From the NCBI GenBank assembly GCA_024137785.1, contig JAHRHZ010000271.1:8113150-8177149 (forward strand): 64,000 nt of DNA. The letters are read 5' to 3'. This document shows, one piece after another, positions 13,651 through 25,310 of this stretch. This stretch comes from Ginglymostoma cirratum (taxonomy: Eukaryota). The position numbers and the translations under genes were made by a program. The notes under the pieces are model-generated. The model had not been told where the DNA came from and did no database searches. It was given only the letters and a program-made list of their open reading frames with translations. Position 1 is the stretch's first letter; every line of letters begins with the position of its first letter.

Positions 13651-14581
13651 AAGGATTCGATGATGTGTAATGAGGCAAGTTTTTAAAAAATGATCTCCGA
13701 ATAAAAGATCCTCGAGGGACAATGTCCATGTCATCGTAGAATTTAGCATTCGGTTTGAGAGTGAGAAACTTGAATCAGAAACATCTGTACTGAACTTAAA
13801 TGAAGGTAATCAGATGTGTAGCGTTAAGGTTCGAGTGGACAGGGGAAGAGGTCTCGCAGAAAAGACAATCCATGAACAATGGCAGAAATTAAAGAAATTC
13901 ATTACACACAGTAAAGATCCTAGTAATAAAGAAGGATTACAGGAAGGGGATAAACTAACCATAGTTAAGTTATCAATGTATGTTTTCTTTCAATTTGATA
14001 CAATGTGGCAAAGATTAACATTGAATGAGGGGAATGGGGAACACTTTTAAAAGCCAACAAAACATGATTTAAAAAAGCCAAATAGGGAGAAAATAATCTG
14101 AAGGCAAATTAGCAAGGGACAAATATAGACAGTAACAGCTATTTTAAAAAAAAAGAAGAAAGATGCAAGAGTGAACATAGGCCCCTTGGAAGCTGAGGAA
14201 ATGACAAAGGGGAGCCGGGAAATGGAGTTTAACAAATACTTGCATCAGTCATCATGGTAGAGAGCAATTATAGCATTCCAAAAATACTAATTTATCAAGC
14301 TTCGGGGAGTGGGAAACGAACAAAATAAAAGCATCCGCTTCACTCACTCAAAAATTACTCTGTAGATAAATGGGCAAAAGGCCAATAAGTCCCCTCGACC
14401 TGCTAGATTGTATCCTGGGATTTTAAAGGAACTAGTTGCAAAGATGTTGGATGCACTGACAGTAATCTTCCAAGAATCCCGAGATTCTGGAAAAATCCCG
14501 CAGGGTTGGAAACTTGCCAATGTGACACGTTTATTCAAAAAAAAAATTACGGAGGGAGACAAAAAATGGTAACAATAGGCC

Positions 14582-14834
14582 CGGGGTTAAAATTGTATCA
14601 GAGATAATAGGTACTGCAGATGCTGGAGAATCCGAGCTAATAAGGTGTGGAGCTAGATGAACACAACAGGCCAAGCAGCATCGTAGGAGCAGGAAAGCTT
14701 GACGTTTCGGGCCNNNNNNNNNNNNNNNNNNNNNNNNNNNNNNNNNNNNNNNNNNNNNNNNNNNNNNNNNNNNNNNNNNNNNNNNNNNNNNNNNNNNNNN
14801 NNNNNNNNNNNNNAGCTCCACACCTTGTTATCTC
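14582..14834. mobile_element. PLE (Neptune-type) inverted terminal-repeat insertion spanning an assembly gap
   Basis: Left arm is close to 17790-17902; the right of the gap is its reverse complement (agctccacaccttgttatctc); 13-bp TSD gtaacaataggcc at 14569-14581 and 14835-14847. Confidence 0.8.
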
Positions 14835-15308
14835 GTAACAATAGGCCAGTTAGTTTAATGTCTGTCACTGGGAAATTGTTACTCTATAATGGACGTACTA
14901 GCAGAGAATTTAGAAACATATAGCTTTATGAAGTGGAAATCATTCCTAACAAATTTATTTCAGTCCTTTGAGAAGGTAAGTAACAGAATAGATAAAGGGG
15001 AACCAGTATATGTAATGCTTTTGGTTTTCCAGAAGGCATTTCATAAGGTACCACACATTAGACTGCTTAATAAGACAAGAACTGATGATATTTGGGGAGA
15101 TATATTCACATAGATGGAGGATTGGCTAACAATTAGACAGTTAGAATAAAGAGGGTGTTTATAATCACACCCTGTAACTATTGGAGTCCACTGGGATCAA
15201 TGCTGGGTCAACAATTATTAATGATATACATGAATGACACAGATGATGGAAGTGAATGTACTATGTTTACAAATTTTCAGATGACACAACGAGATGGGAA
15301 GGCAAGTA

Positions 15309-15654
15309 CACTCAGTCCGTATTATCCATTGATTTGCTACCTGTGTATGTGTATTTGTGAAATCAGCCCCAGACCCCACCTCAAATTTATTCCAAGGCTT
15401 TAAGCCACACTAAAAAGATTGGATGCACCTCCAAATGAGTGAGAACGCTTACACATGTATTCCTCTATGCGCAGTATATTCTACGCAAATGCTTTTTGCA
15501 GCACCTGAGTGTGAACGTCTGCATCCTATTGTCTTATTCAGTTCCCCAAACAATCTGTTTCGGTAAACATTACATAGTCCTTCATGGTACATGAAGAGGG
15601 TTTTCTCCTTTTTAAGTCTGTGTCCCGTGGCCTTTGTAGATAATGAGGACTATG
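15309..15654. mobile_element. Tc1/mariner (Tigger-like) MITE
   Basis: TA flanks; imperfect TIRs cactcagtccgtattatc / gataatgaggactatg; interrupts colinear CR1 sequence. Confidence 0.6.
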
Positions 15655-15871
15655 TATATGAGATGACACACAGACTCTACAGAAGGATATAGTGAATGAA
15701 TAAAAGCTTGGCAGATGGAATATGTTGTGGGAAATATGAAGTTATATACTTCAGGAGGAATAGAAGAGCTGACTATTATTTAAATTGAGAAAGACTACAG
15801 AAAGCAGTAGAACAAAATGATTTCAGGGTCTTGTGCATGAACCACAGAATGTTAACATCCAAATAGAGAAG

Positions 15872-16100
15872 GTCAGTTAGCTCAGTTGGCTAAATGGCTG
15901 GTTTGCAATGCAGAGTGATACCAACAACATGGGTTTAATTCTTGCACTGGCTAAGGTTACCATGAAGGATTCTTCTTCTTCTCAACTTTTACCCTCATCT
16001 GAGGTGTGGTGAACCCCTGTTAAATCACCTCTAGTTATCTCTTTCTAATGGCAGAGCAGCCCTACGGTCTGGTCAGACTTTATGGCGGCTTTACCTTTAT
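15872..16100 (+). mobile_element. tRNA-derived SINE
   Basis: A-box-like tagctcagttgg, degenerate B box gggtttaattc, ends ctttaccttta; interrupts CR1. Confidence 0.65.
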
Positions 16101-16254
16101 ACAGGTGCTGGAGGCAGTCAAGGAATGTTGACTAGGCTGACACTGGGTATGGAGGAAATATCTTCTAAGGAGAGGTTGAGTAAGTTTGGCTTGTACTCAT
16201 TAGAGTTTAGAAGAAAGAAAAGAAACCTTTACTGAAATATATGATTCCAGGGGC

Positions 16255-16471
16255 TGAAATAACTCCACAGCAGTTGGTATCCCATCACCCTTTATTTGCA
16301 CGTACAAAGTGCTTGAAACTGGTCTGGCTTCCTCAAAGCCAGCTCCGAGTGAACAGAGCCTCTGATATTCCCATTTATATCTGTCAGCCAGAGCTTCCTG
16401 ATTGGGGCTGTTAACCCAGTCCAACCAGGGAACTCATATGCTATGAGGTCCACCTGGCTGACCTCATTACA
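16255..16471 (-). mobile_element. Solo LTR (Gypsy-like)
   Basis: Minus strand runs TGTAATG...TTATTTCA (TG...CA) with internal CCAAT, TATAAA and AATAAA in order; 217 bp; no clear TSD. Confidence 0.65.
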
Positions 16472-17789
16472 ATCAGGATAGGTGTGGAGAAGTTGTTTTC
16501 ACTTGTGGGAGAGTCTAGGACATAAGAGAGTAAGCATACATCCATTTAAGATAGATGATGACGAATGTTTTTCTCTCAAAGGATAGTGCATCTGTGGAAT
16601 TCTTTCCCACAAAGGACTGTTAGATCTGGGTAATTCAGTTTATTCAAGACTGAGAGATTTTTAGTCAGTAGTGGAATTGAAGGTTATGGGGAAAAGGCAG
16701 GAAAGTAGAACTGAGGATTTGAGATCAGCCCATGATCTCATTGAATGGCAGAGCAGTCTTGATGGCCTGAAAGGTCTATCTCTGTTTTGACATCTTCCGG
16801 AAATGCAGCCATTTGGTTTCTTTGTTGATTGTGAATAGAAGTTCATTTATGGTAATGTTTGAATGCTTCCCTGTGCATGATGATCCACTACTGAACAATG
16901 ATAGGATACTGTCTGCAGTGGGCATTGGGACTGCAGTTAGGGAGAGTAGTAATGTGGGATGTGGCTAAGCTGTATGGCCTTGTAGATAAATAGCAACTGA
17001 AGCAAAAAAAAAAAGAAGTTTTAGGTGTGAGGAAGTGTCAGCCATGTCAACAACATGTAGTAAGCTGTGTGAATTTGTGATTGCTGTGCCACTACTTTGA
17101 CAGTGAAGGGCATCTCTGCAGTGCCATATTTGGCTAAACGTTCAGCCAGTGTTTCAGGATGGTTCCATTGCCAGGAATGCCAGTCTGTTCTTGGATATCC
17201 AGGCAGTGGCAAGTTCTCGTGGCTACAGCAAAGGGGAAAATCAGGCAAACATCAGGCATGAGGCATGCCATAGGAGTGGGATATGTAGTTAATGAGATGA
17301 GTTTGGGATAATTCTGTAGGAAAACTCACTCGGCCTTGCTGAGAGAAGCCCTCTATATAACTCAATGAAATTGACACTTGCCAAAAACATGTGCAATTCA
17401 GCACCGAAGTTTTTAAATATTTTCAGAGCTCTCAACATGAGGATATTTTCTGATCTATGTGGATGCAGGTTGTTCTGGCAAATGCTTGGAGTCTAACTCT
17501 GTTCAGTCTCCCAAAATATTGCTGCTGGCATCCATGAAACTGTGAAAATTTTTTATTTACAGCTGGGTTTGTATCATCTTCACATATTGTCAGAGTTGCT
17601 TCTTCATTCCAGCTTGATCAACTTAATCATGTGATTCTGATATCATTATTACATCATTACGTATGCTTCTGATGTTAATTCCATTACTCCAAATCAGGAA
17701 ATTTTCTGAACTATGTGAACATGGCTGCCAAAATTGCTGCTCAGTTAATGCCATCATGACTAGGTGCCGCAGACTTTGACATTTAACTC

Positions 17790-18676
17790 AGAGATAAAAG
17801 GTACTGCAGATGCTGGAGAATCCGAGATAACAAGCATGGGACTGGATGAACACAGCAGGCCAAGCAGCATCATAGGAGCAGGAAAACTTGACGTTTCGGG
17901 CCTAAACCCTTCATCAGAAATGGGAGAGGGGAAGAGGGTTCTGAAATAAATAGGGAGAGAGGGGGAGGCGGATAGAGGATGGATAGAGGAGAGGATAGGT
18001 GGAGAGGAGGCAGACAAGTCGAAGAGGCGGGGATGGAGCCAGTAAAGGTGAGTGTAGGTAGGGGGGTAGGGAGGAGATAGGTCAGTCCAGGGAGGACGGA
18101 CAGGTCAAGGGGGCGGGATGATGTTAGTAGATAGGAGATGGGGGTGTGGCTTGAGGTGAGAGGTAAAACAGGTTAGGGAGGTGGAGATGAGCTGGGCTGG
18201 TTTTGGGATGCGGTTGGGGGAGGGGAGATTTTGAAGCTTGTGAAATCCACATTGATGCCATTGGGCTGCAGGGTTCCCAGGCTGAATAGGATTTGCTGTT
18301 CCTGCAGCCTTCGGGTGGCATCACTGTGGCATTGCAGGAGGCCCAGGATGGACATGTCATCTGAGGAATGGGAGGGGGAGTTGAAATGGTTTGCGACTGG
18401 GAGGTGCAGTTGTTTGTTGCGAACTGAGTGCAGGTGCTCTGCAAAGCGGTCCCCAAGCCTCCGCTTGGTTTCCCCGATGTAGAGGAAGCCACAACGGGTA
18501 CAGCGGATGCAGTATACCACATTGGCAGATGTGCAGGTGAACATCTGCCTGATGTGGAAGGTCTTCTTGGGCCCTGGGATTGGGGTGAGGGAGGAGGTGT
18601 GGGGGCAGGTGTAGCACTTCCTGCGGTTACAAGGAAAAGTGCCGGGTGTGGTGGGGCTGGAGGGGAGTGTGGAGCG
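17790..18676 (-). mobile_element. Young 5'-truncated Penelope-like element (Neptune clade): GIY-YIG endonuclease plus terminal repeat
   Basis: ORF 18173-18544(-) NVVYCIRCTRCGFLYIGETKRRLGDRFAEH, preceded by a Cys-rich linker (PGTFPCNRRKCYTC); CpGs retained; 12-bp TSD gacatttaactc at 17778-17789 and 18677-18688. Confidence 0.92.
17886..17921 (-). ncRNA. Minimal type I hammerhead ribozyme motif (family A)
   Basis: AUUU-CUGAUGA-A-GGG-UUUAGG-CCC-GAAA-C-GUC/AAGU: intact core, 3-bp stem II, palindromic ACGU stem III, 4-bp stem I including a GU pair. Confidence 0.75.
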
Positions 18677-20089
18677 GACATTTAACTCTGTGCTTTTAAG
18701 TTCAGAGACCCAGGAGATGTGCTCTTCAGCCCAATTATATCATATTCTTTTTCTCACTGACCTAGTGGTCTATCCATCTGGGAAAAGAAAAGTTAATTGA
18801 CACAAGTTGTTTTGTTTTCCTTTTTCCCAAAGCAAAGGGTCTGCCTTCTGTATTTTGCAGCAGGAAGACCCTGGTGACAACCCATCTGTTTGAAAACAGA
18901 AGTTTTTATTTTCCTCTCCTCTGATGAGTGAGAAGGAAAAAATGTAGCCTGTTCAGCTTGCCTAAACTAGAGCTTTCTACTCTTACAATGGCCCGTTTTT
19001 AAGTTGGAAAAGGTTTTGGGTAAAACAAGCCAAGAAAAGAGCAAGTAAGTGAGAATGTTTGGAAGGAGGCACTGCCACGGTGGAACATGAGAATGTACAA
19101 GACTAGAAGAGGCCACTTTGAACCATTTTAGCTGACAGTGTAATTTGACTACAATGCATTACCTATTATGTCAGCCTTTTGATTGACCAAATGCTTGTCC
19201 AATTCCCTATTTAAAATTACCAATGTTGTTTGATCATGAACCTAATTGGCCATCTTTGTATACAAAACTGTACAAAACAGCATCGTGGTTTGCTTAAACA
19301 AAGTCATTGTAGATCAATGTAGCATACTGGTGTTTCCATGTAGCATATTGGTGTTTCCCTTCATTATGCCAATTGATGAAAACCTGAACCTGTGTCCATC
19401 CAGGTTAATGGGTTCTCATTCTCAACATGCGATCATTGGAAAAAATTGAAATGAAGGCTGGGTACTTGCGCAGTTCCCTAGAGCAGGTTGCATTTACTGG
19501 GAAAAGGGTTGAGAAAGGAAGAAATAGAATCTCCACATTTGAACTGAAATTGAGTTTCAATTGTCCCAGATGATGTCTTGATTAAAATGCAAATGTACAA
19601 TCATAAAAACTCACATTTAAACTTTCTTTATGCAAAGACTGAAAGTGCTAGAATGACTGTTGGTCGGCACAACCGACCTCTTCAGGGCAGTATAAAGAAC
19701 CACCTATTAGAACCAGCTTCAGGCAGTCACACAATAAAATTATGTTTTAATAACAATACTTCTGCGAAAAAATAGATAATCCACATAACAGTGCCGTATT
19801 TACATGAGTACTGTCACAGGAACATGAAAACATCATTGTACCCCATCTGTGCCATCATGAAACTTCAGTATGAGCAGCAGGAATGCTTTGGACCTGTGCC
19901 TGTAAATTTCCATATCGTACAAAACTAACCTAACCTCACCTCTGACCCCATGTAAGGTCCAATGGAAAAATGGACTTAGGCAACACAGAGATCACCAGTT
20001 TAAACCCACATCATTCTTCACAAGAGAAATATTCTCAAAAGATTTACTTTCTTCCTGAGTGATTCACACTAGGGTTGATTCTCCAGGTG

Positions 20090-20320
20090 CTGCTCCCTCT
20101 AAAACATCGGCTGGGCGGCTACTTTTCGAGTGTGAACCTAATCAGTAAGAACAAACTGCCTATTTAGCAAAGGAGTGCATCACTGTGAACTCAAGCCTTT
20201 CCTTGCTCAAAATAGACATTTTTCAGCAGGGATCCTTGGAAAGAACTGACCATTTTATTTCTTCCTATGTTCTCCAAGCCAGGGAAACTAGGCCCAGCTC
20301 TCTTAATTTAGCCCAATAAT
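20090..20320 (-). mobile_element. Ancient AmnSINE2-like SINE remnant
   Basis: Diffuse similarity to 27600-27830 and to my recollection of the AmnSINE2 body. Highly diverged. Confidence 0.35.
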
Positions 20321-20844
20321 GCAGTGTGGCGTGGTTTGTCCAGTCGGTTGTAGAGAGTGTTAATGTTTTAAAATCCTCAGTCTGAAATTCTAGCCAGGTA
20401 AGATTTGAATTTCTTTTGTATGGATGAATAGTAGCACCCATCCTGAATGCAGCCTTGAAACATATTGTGAAGTAAAGGGCTGCAGGGAATCCTATTCTGC
20501 TTTTTTAAAAAAATTTACTGATGGATTAGATTGATAAGTTCAGTACAGAACTTCCTTTCAAAATTTTAAATTAAAATAGCCTCCCTTGCACCATTGAATC
20601 CATACAAACTTCAAACAGTGCAACTCTAGCAGTAAAGCTGGTTATTCTATCAAATCAATGTGCATAATGTAGTCATATTTAGGTGTGCACCTTGTTCATA
20701 AAAATAGACTTCCACACAATTATTTGTGCTGCCCCATCTATGGGTAATCAATATATTTTCAATTTTTGTCAAATGCTATGCACTTCTAGTACTTATCTGG
20801 GAATGCCTTCCTTTCCACTATTGATCTGACCTGTTTAAACACAT

Positions 20845-21000
20845 CAAAAATTCTGAAATTCCCTCCCTAATGATGTTGTGCATTCATCTACAGCACGTAG
20901 ACTGCAATGGTTCAAGAAGGCAGCTTACTACCACCTTCTCAAGAGCAATGTATGCTGGCCAAGCCAGCGATGCCCACATCTCGCAAGTGAATAAAAAAGA
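20845..21000 (+). mobile_element. CR1-like LINE 3' tail
   Basis: gactgcaatggttcaagaaggcagc...gcccacatc...aataaaaaa; same tail as 42800-42930 and 56275-56460. Confidence 0.7.
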
Positions 21001-21084
21001 AGTTAACATTTGATCAATAGAAGTTCTTGGATCAATCATCTGATTTTGAGGAATTCATTCTGTTGCAAACTTTCATAGCTCTAA

Positions 21085-21330
21085 TAAAAACCAAAAGAAC
21101 TGCGGATGCTGTAAATCAGAAACAAAAAACAGAAATTGCTGGAAAAGCACAGCAGGTCTGACAGTATCTGCGAAGAGAAATTAGAGTTAACGTTTCAGGT
21201 CTGGTGACCTTTCCTCAGAAATTCCTCCAGTTCTTAGGAAGGGTCACCAAACTCAAAACATTAACTCTGATTTCTCCTCACAAAAACTGTCAGACCTGCT
21301 GAGCTTTTCCAGCAATTTCTGTCTGTGTGT
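21085..21330. mobile_element. Palindromic PLE terminal-repeat mini-element with two opposed HHR motifs (family B)
   Basis: ~90-bp inverted arms (acagaaattgctggaaaagc...tcagaa / ttct...gcttttccagcaatttctgt). Minus 21186-21221 reads CUGAGGA-A-AGGUC-ACCA-GACCU-GAAAC-GUU/AAC with an intact core; the plus-strand copy is degenerate. Confidence 0.8.
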
Positions 21331-21627
21331 CATAACAATAAAGTTAGCAGCATTTGTTGAACGTTGGTACTTCAGAAGATTCCTTTGTGAGCCAAGATAA
21401 CTTGTAGAAGTTCAATTAGAAAAGCAAGCTGATTATTTAATTAGAACAATAATTGTTTGAATTTTTTTTGCTATTAGGTTGAATGGGCATCCAGTTTAGA
21501 GTTAGTCACAGTTACATCTTGGGTTTATTTTAAGATTAAACTTCCTTTTTGGATTACTTTCCTTTCCCATAACTGGTAATTATTAATGTCCTGCATCTGT
21601 CTCTGTTCAAAGAGGGAGTGCTGCTAG

Positions 21628-22244
21628 TTGAATATTTGACAGCTGCTAACTGTTGGAAAATGAAAAAGAATGACCTCAAGTTTAACCAATGATCTCTTGC
21701 TTTCGTCTCTGTTGGGAACTGCCTACTTCTCCTTTGAAACTTGCATGGGTTAGGTTAGTAACGTTATTTGGGAATTTGCAGGCACAATTCCAAAGCACCC
21801 CTGCTACTTATAGCCTAAAAATATTTTTCTTCCTATATGCATTAGTGCAATAGGCACTTTTGGTGCCTAGTGTCAGACTTAAAACATTAGAGGTCTGATA
21901 ATTTGAAGATAATTGATAGTAATTGTTTGGTCTCATTATTCACTATTAATCATTCTGATAAGTGCTTTGTTAAAATGAGGGTGAATAACAAATGAATGAC
22001 TTTATTTATAAGCAAAGAAGAAAAACTTAGGTTTTTCAGGTTGGGCACGAATTGATTTAGATATCATAACATGGCAGTAAAAAAAAAAATAAATCAACTT
22101 TATAGCAATGAGAAGACATTTGCTTTAAGGTATGATTTTTATTAAAGGTCATTAAGGTTTAGACAATAGTTTACTCAAGTCATTGCTAAATTAGAGTATC
22201 TGTTAACATGTCAAATGGAAGAGTATCAATTTTCTCAAGTGTTT
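21628..22244 (+). repeat. Local direct duplication, copy 1
   Basis: Colinear, high-identity match to 23843-24455. Confidence 0.92.
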
Positions 22245-23599
22245 CAATGAAGTGTATTAAATTAATTTCCAATATGTTTTTAATATTCACAAAATAAGCT
22301 AGAAATACCAGTTTTTGGTCAAAAGTGTAACATGTCACAAGACTGTAACATTTCTGTTCCTTCAGTGTGTAGAGCACAGTATTTATGCAAGCAATTCAAA
22401 TATTGCAGGAACAGAATATTTTTCCAAGGAGGGAAGTACACTCACCACAAAATTGCAACACTGGCTCCTGTAATTTTCCATGGCTGCACTTCCTTTAGTT
22501 GTTGACTTTGTTTGATACCTTTCAAGATATTTACTGACTACTCCTACAGATCTGGCCATCTCAGCTAAAGCAAGACTTCATTGCAGCTGTTGTCTCTCCA
22601 GCCTATTACCTCTCACTCGGGCAAAATTTTAATTCCCAACTCCTGTAAAACTATCAGGGTGTGGGTCAAGAACCAACTGGCAGCAGAATTCAGAAGGAAA
22701 TTTTTAAGCAAGTAGCCAATTAAGTGGCTGTTCAGAACTGTGGGTGTGCTCCCAAGACTGGGGGCCAAGCAAAAATAAAAAAGCCTCCAGCAATGAATGA
22801 TTTGAAATATCTGTACTATACCATCACTGATTTACAATGAAGCTGTGAAGAATTTTCACAGTTTAAGAATTAAGGATGTCCACAATTGGAAGGGGGAAGC
22901 CTCTCCATAGGCAGAGTCGAGGCCACAACTTTAGCCCTCTAGTACCAGCAGCTATGGGAGTAGGACGGGGGTCATTGAATTGATGGCCCATCATTGAATG
23001 CATCCATTCACTGGCTGGACTTCAGCCTCAATGGGACACTATTCACTGCTCTCAACAGCCAATTAGGCCAATTAAATCAGTTACCGATTTCTGGCAGGGG
23101 TGTGGCTGTTATCCTCATTCCCACAACACCCCCACTAATACAGCCTCCCCCAAAATAACCTATAAGCAAGACGATAGCATCAGATCGATTAAACTGGCCG
23201 TTAGTAGGAAATACTGGCACACTCCCCTCCAAGCGTTTCTTGCACATCTCCTGAAATGGCTTTCATTCCTGGGAACTGGAGGGCTGGTACTTCCTTCAGG
23301 AATGTGCCTTGTGTTAGCAGATTAAGAAAATGATTGCAGATATGTTCACATCTACTGTTTACTTTTTAAAAAATTAAAAGCCAGGTGATAGGAAAGAGAT
23401 GTAACAGTCAAAATTTTTTGAGTGTGAGGAGATGGAGAACAAGAGAAGCAAAGGTGGAAATATTTGTGTGACTCCAGTATAAAATGTTCCGCTAAGCTTT
23501 GGCATTTGTAGAAGATTTAAAGCGGAGGGAGTTCTGATATCTACAAAATCAACCTCACATGCACCCCCCAACTCCCCTAAAAAAACCCTGATTAGTGAG

Positions 23600-24575
23600 G
23601 TAGGACATGTCACTGGACTATATTCCAGAGCTCTAGGCTAATGTTCTGGAGACATTGCTTTAAGTGTCAATGTTGTAAATGGTGAAATTTGAATTAAATA
23701 AAATCTTAAATTTAAAGCTGGTCTAATGGTGACCATCAACAGTAAACAGGGGAAAGAAAACCCATTTGGTTCTTTCATGTCCTTTACAGAAAGAAATCTG
23801 CCAGCCTTGCCTGGTCTGGCCTTTATATGACTGCAGATCTATTTGAATATTTGACAGCAGCTAACTGCTGGAAGATGAAGAAGAATGGCCTCGAGTTTAA
23901 CCAATGATCTTTTACTTTGTCTCTGTTGGGCAGTGCCTACTTCTCCTTTGGAACTTGCATGGCTTACGTTAGTAACACTATTTGGGAATTTGCAGGCACA
24001 AATCAAAGCACCCCTGCTACTTATAGCCTGAGAATACTTTGGTTCCTATATGCATTATTGCAATATGGGCTTTTGGTGCCGAGTATCAGACTTAAAACAT
24101 TAGAGGTCTGATAATTTGAAGATAATTGTTTGGTCTCATTATTCACTATTAATCATTCTGATAAGTGCTTTGTTAAAATGAGGGTGAATAACAAATGAGT
24201 GACTTTATTTATAAGCAAAGAAGAAAAACTTAGGTTTTTCAGGTTGGGCACAAATTGATTTAGATGTCATTACATGGCAGCAAAAAAAAATCAAATTTAT
24301 AGCAATGAGAAGACATTTGCTTTAAGGTATGATTTTTATTAAAGTCCATCAAGGTATATAAGAAGGTTTACTCAAATAATTGCTAAGTTAGAGTATTTAT
24401 TTGAGTTAACAGCTCTTAATTGGAGTAAAAAACATTAAATTTTCTCCAAGTGTTTACTTCTAACTGTTTTCTGAAATTGCCTAGCAAGTCATTTAAATCA
24501 TGGACAACAATGGATGAGCAACAAATGCTGGCCTTGTCAAGAATGCCCTCATCCCATAGAAGAATAAAAGAAAAT
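23600..24575 (+). mobile_element. tRNA-derived SINE split by the duplicated segment
   Basis: 5' part 23600-23840 matches the 52990-53353 family up to ctggtctggcc...gact.caga; the 3' part (taactg...aaatgctggcc...catccca) resumes at ~24455. Confidence 0.7.
23843..24455 (+). repeat. Local direct duplication, copy 2 (inside a SINE)
   Basis: Colinear match to 21628-22244 with substitutions and a ~10-bp indel. Confidence 0.92.
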
Positions 24576-24939
24576 TGGAGGACGTGGTCCTTCATCTTTA
24601 GTGTCTTGCTGTGCACAAAATGCTGCTATGTTTGGCAAAGAACCATTTAAGGTGCTTCAAGATAACTTGCTGAATATTGAGGAAGGGTGAGTCAGCTCAC
24701 CTCTTCTCAACCTTCTAAGTTGATCACAGCGAAGAATTATAACATAAACTTTTGTTTCTCTGTCTACAGGCTGTCAGACTTTGAGTTTCTCCAATATTTA
24801 CTCTCTTCACTTATGAAGATATATTTGCTTTTCAGTATGAGGCTGAAATTCTTTCCACTTTAAAAAGTTGTTAACTAATTTCTAACAGTAAGGAGATGAT
24901 TGTAAGGCTAACTTAAGTAAAAGAGAAAGCAATTTTATT

Positions 24940-25310
24940 ATTTCTTTTACTTGTTTTGTGGGATGTGGATGTTATTGCCAGTCCCTAATTGCCTTGGAAA
25001 GGCAGTGATGGATCTGCCTTCTTGAACCACTGCAATCCACCTGCTGTGTGTTGACCCATTATGCCCTAAGGGAGGGAATTCCAGGATTTTGACCCAGTAA
25101 TAGTGAAGGAACTACAATATGTTTTCAAGTCAGGATGGTGAGTAGCTTGGAGGGGAACTTGCAGTTGGTGGTATTCCCATGTATCTGCTAGAAGTGATTG
25201 TGGGTTTAGAAGGTGCTGTCTGAAGATCTTTGAATTTCTGCAGTGGACTTGTAGGTAGTACACACTGCTGCTACTGAATGTTAGTGGTGGAGGGAGTGGA
25301 TGCTTGTGGA
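24940..25310 (-). mobile_element. CR1-like LINE 3' end
   Basis: Reverse complement of the tail seen at 42800-42930; matches 53825-54140. Confidence 0.75.

Larger units (their letters stand above)
13650..16790 (+). mobile_element. Degraded CR1 LINE carrying four nested insertions
   Basis: Fragments RPVSLMSVTGKLL, LTNLFQSFEKV...FQKAFHKVPH, GSMLGQQL; CR1 3' UTR near 16600-16790. Confidence 0.85.

Noticed and set aside
18124-18681. 185-aa Pro-rich ORF
   Set aside because: Alternative frame of the Neptune GIY-YIG region with compositional bias.
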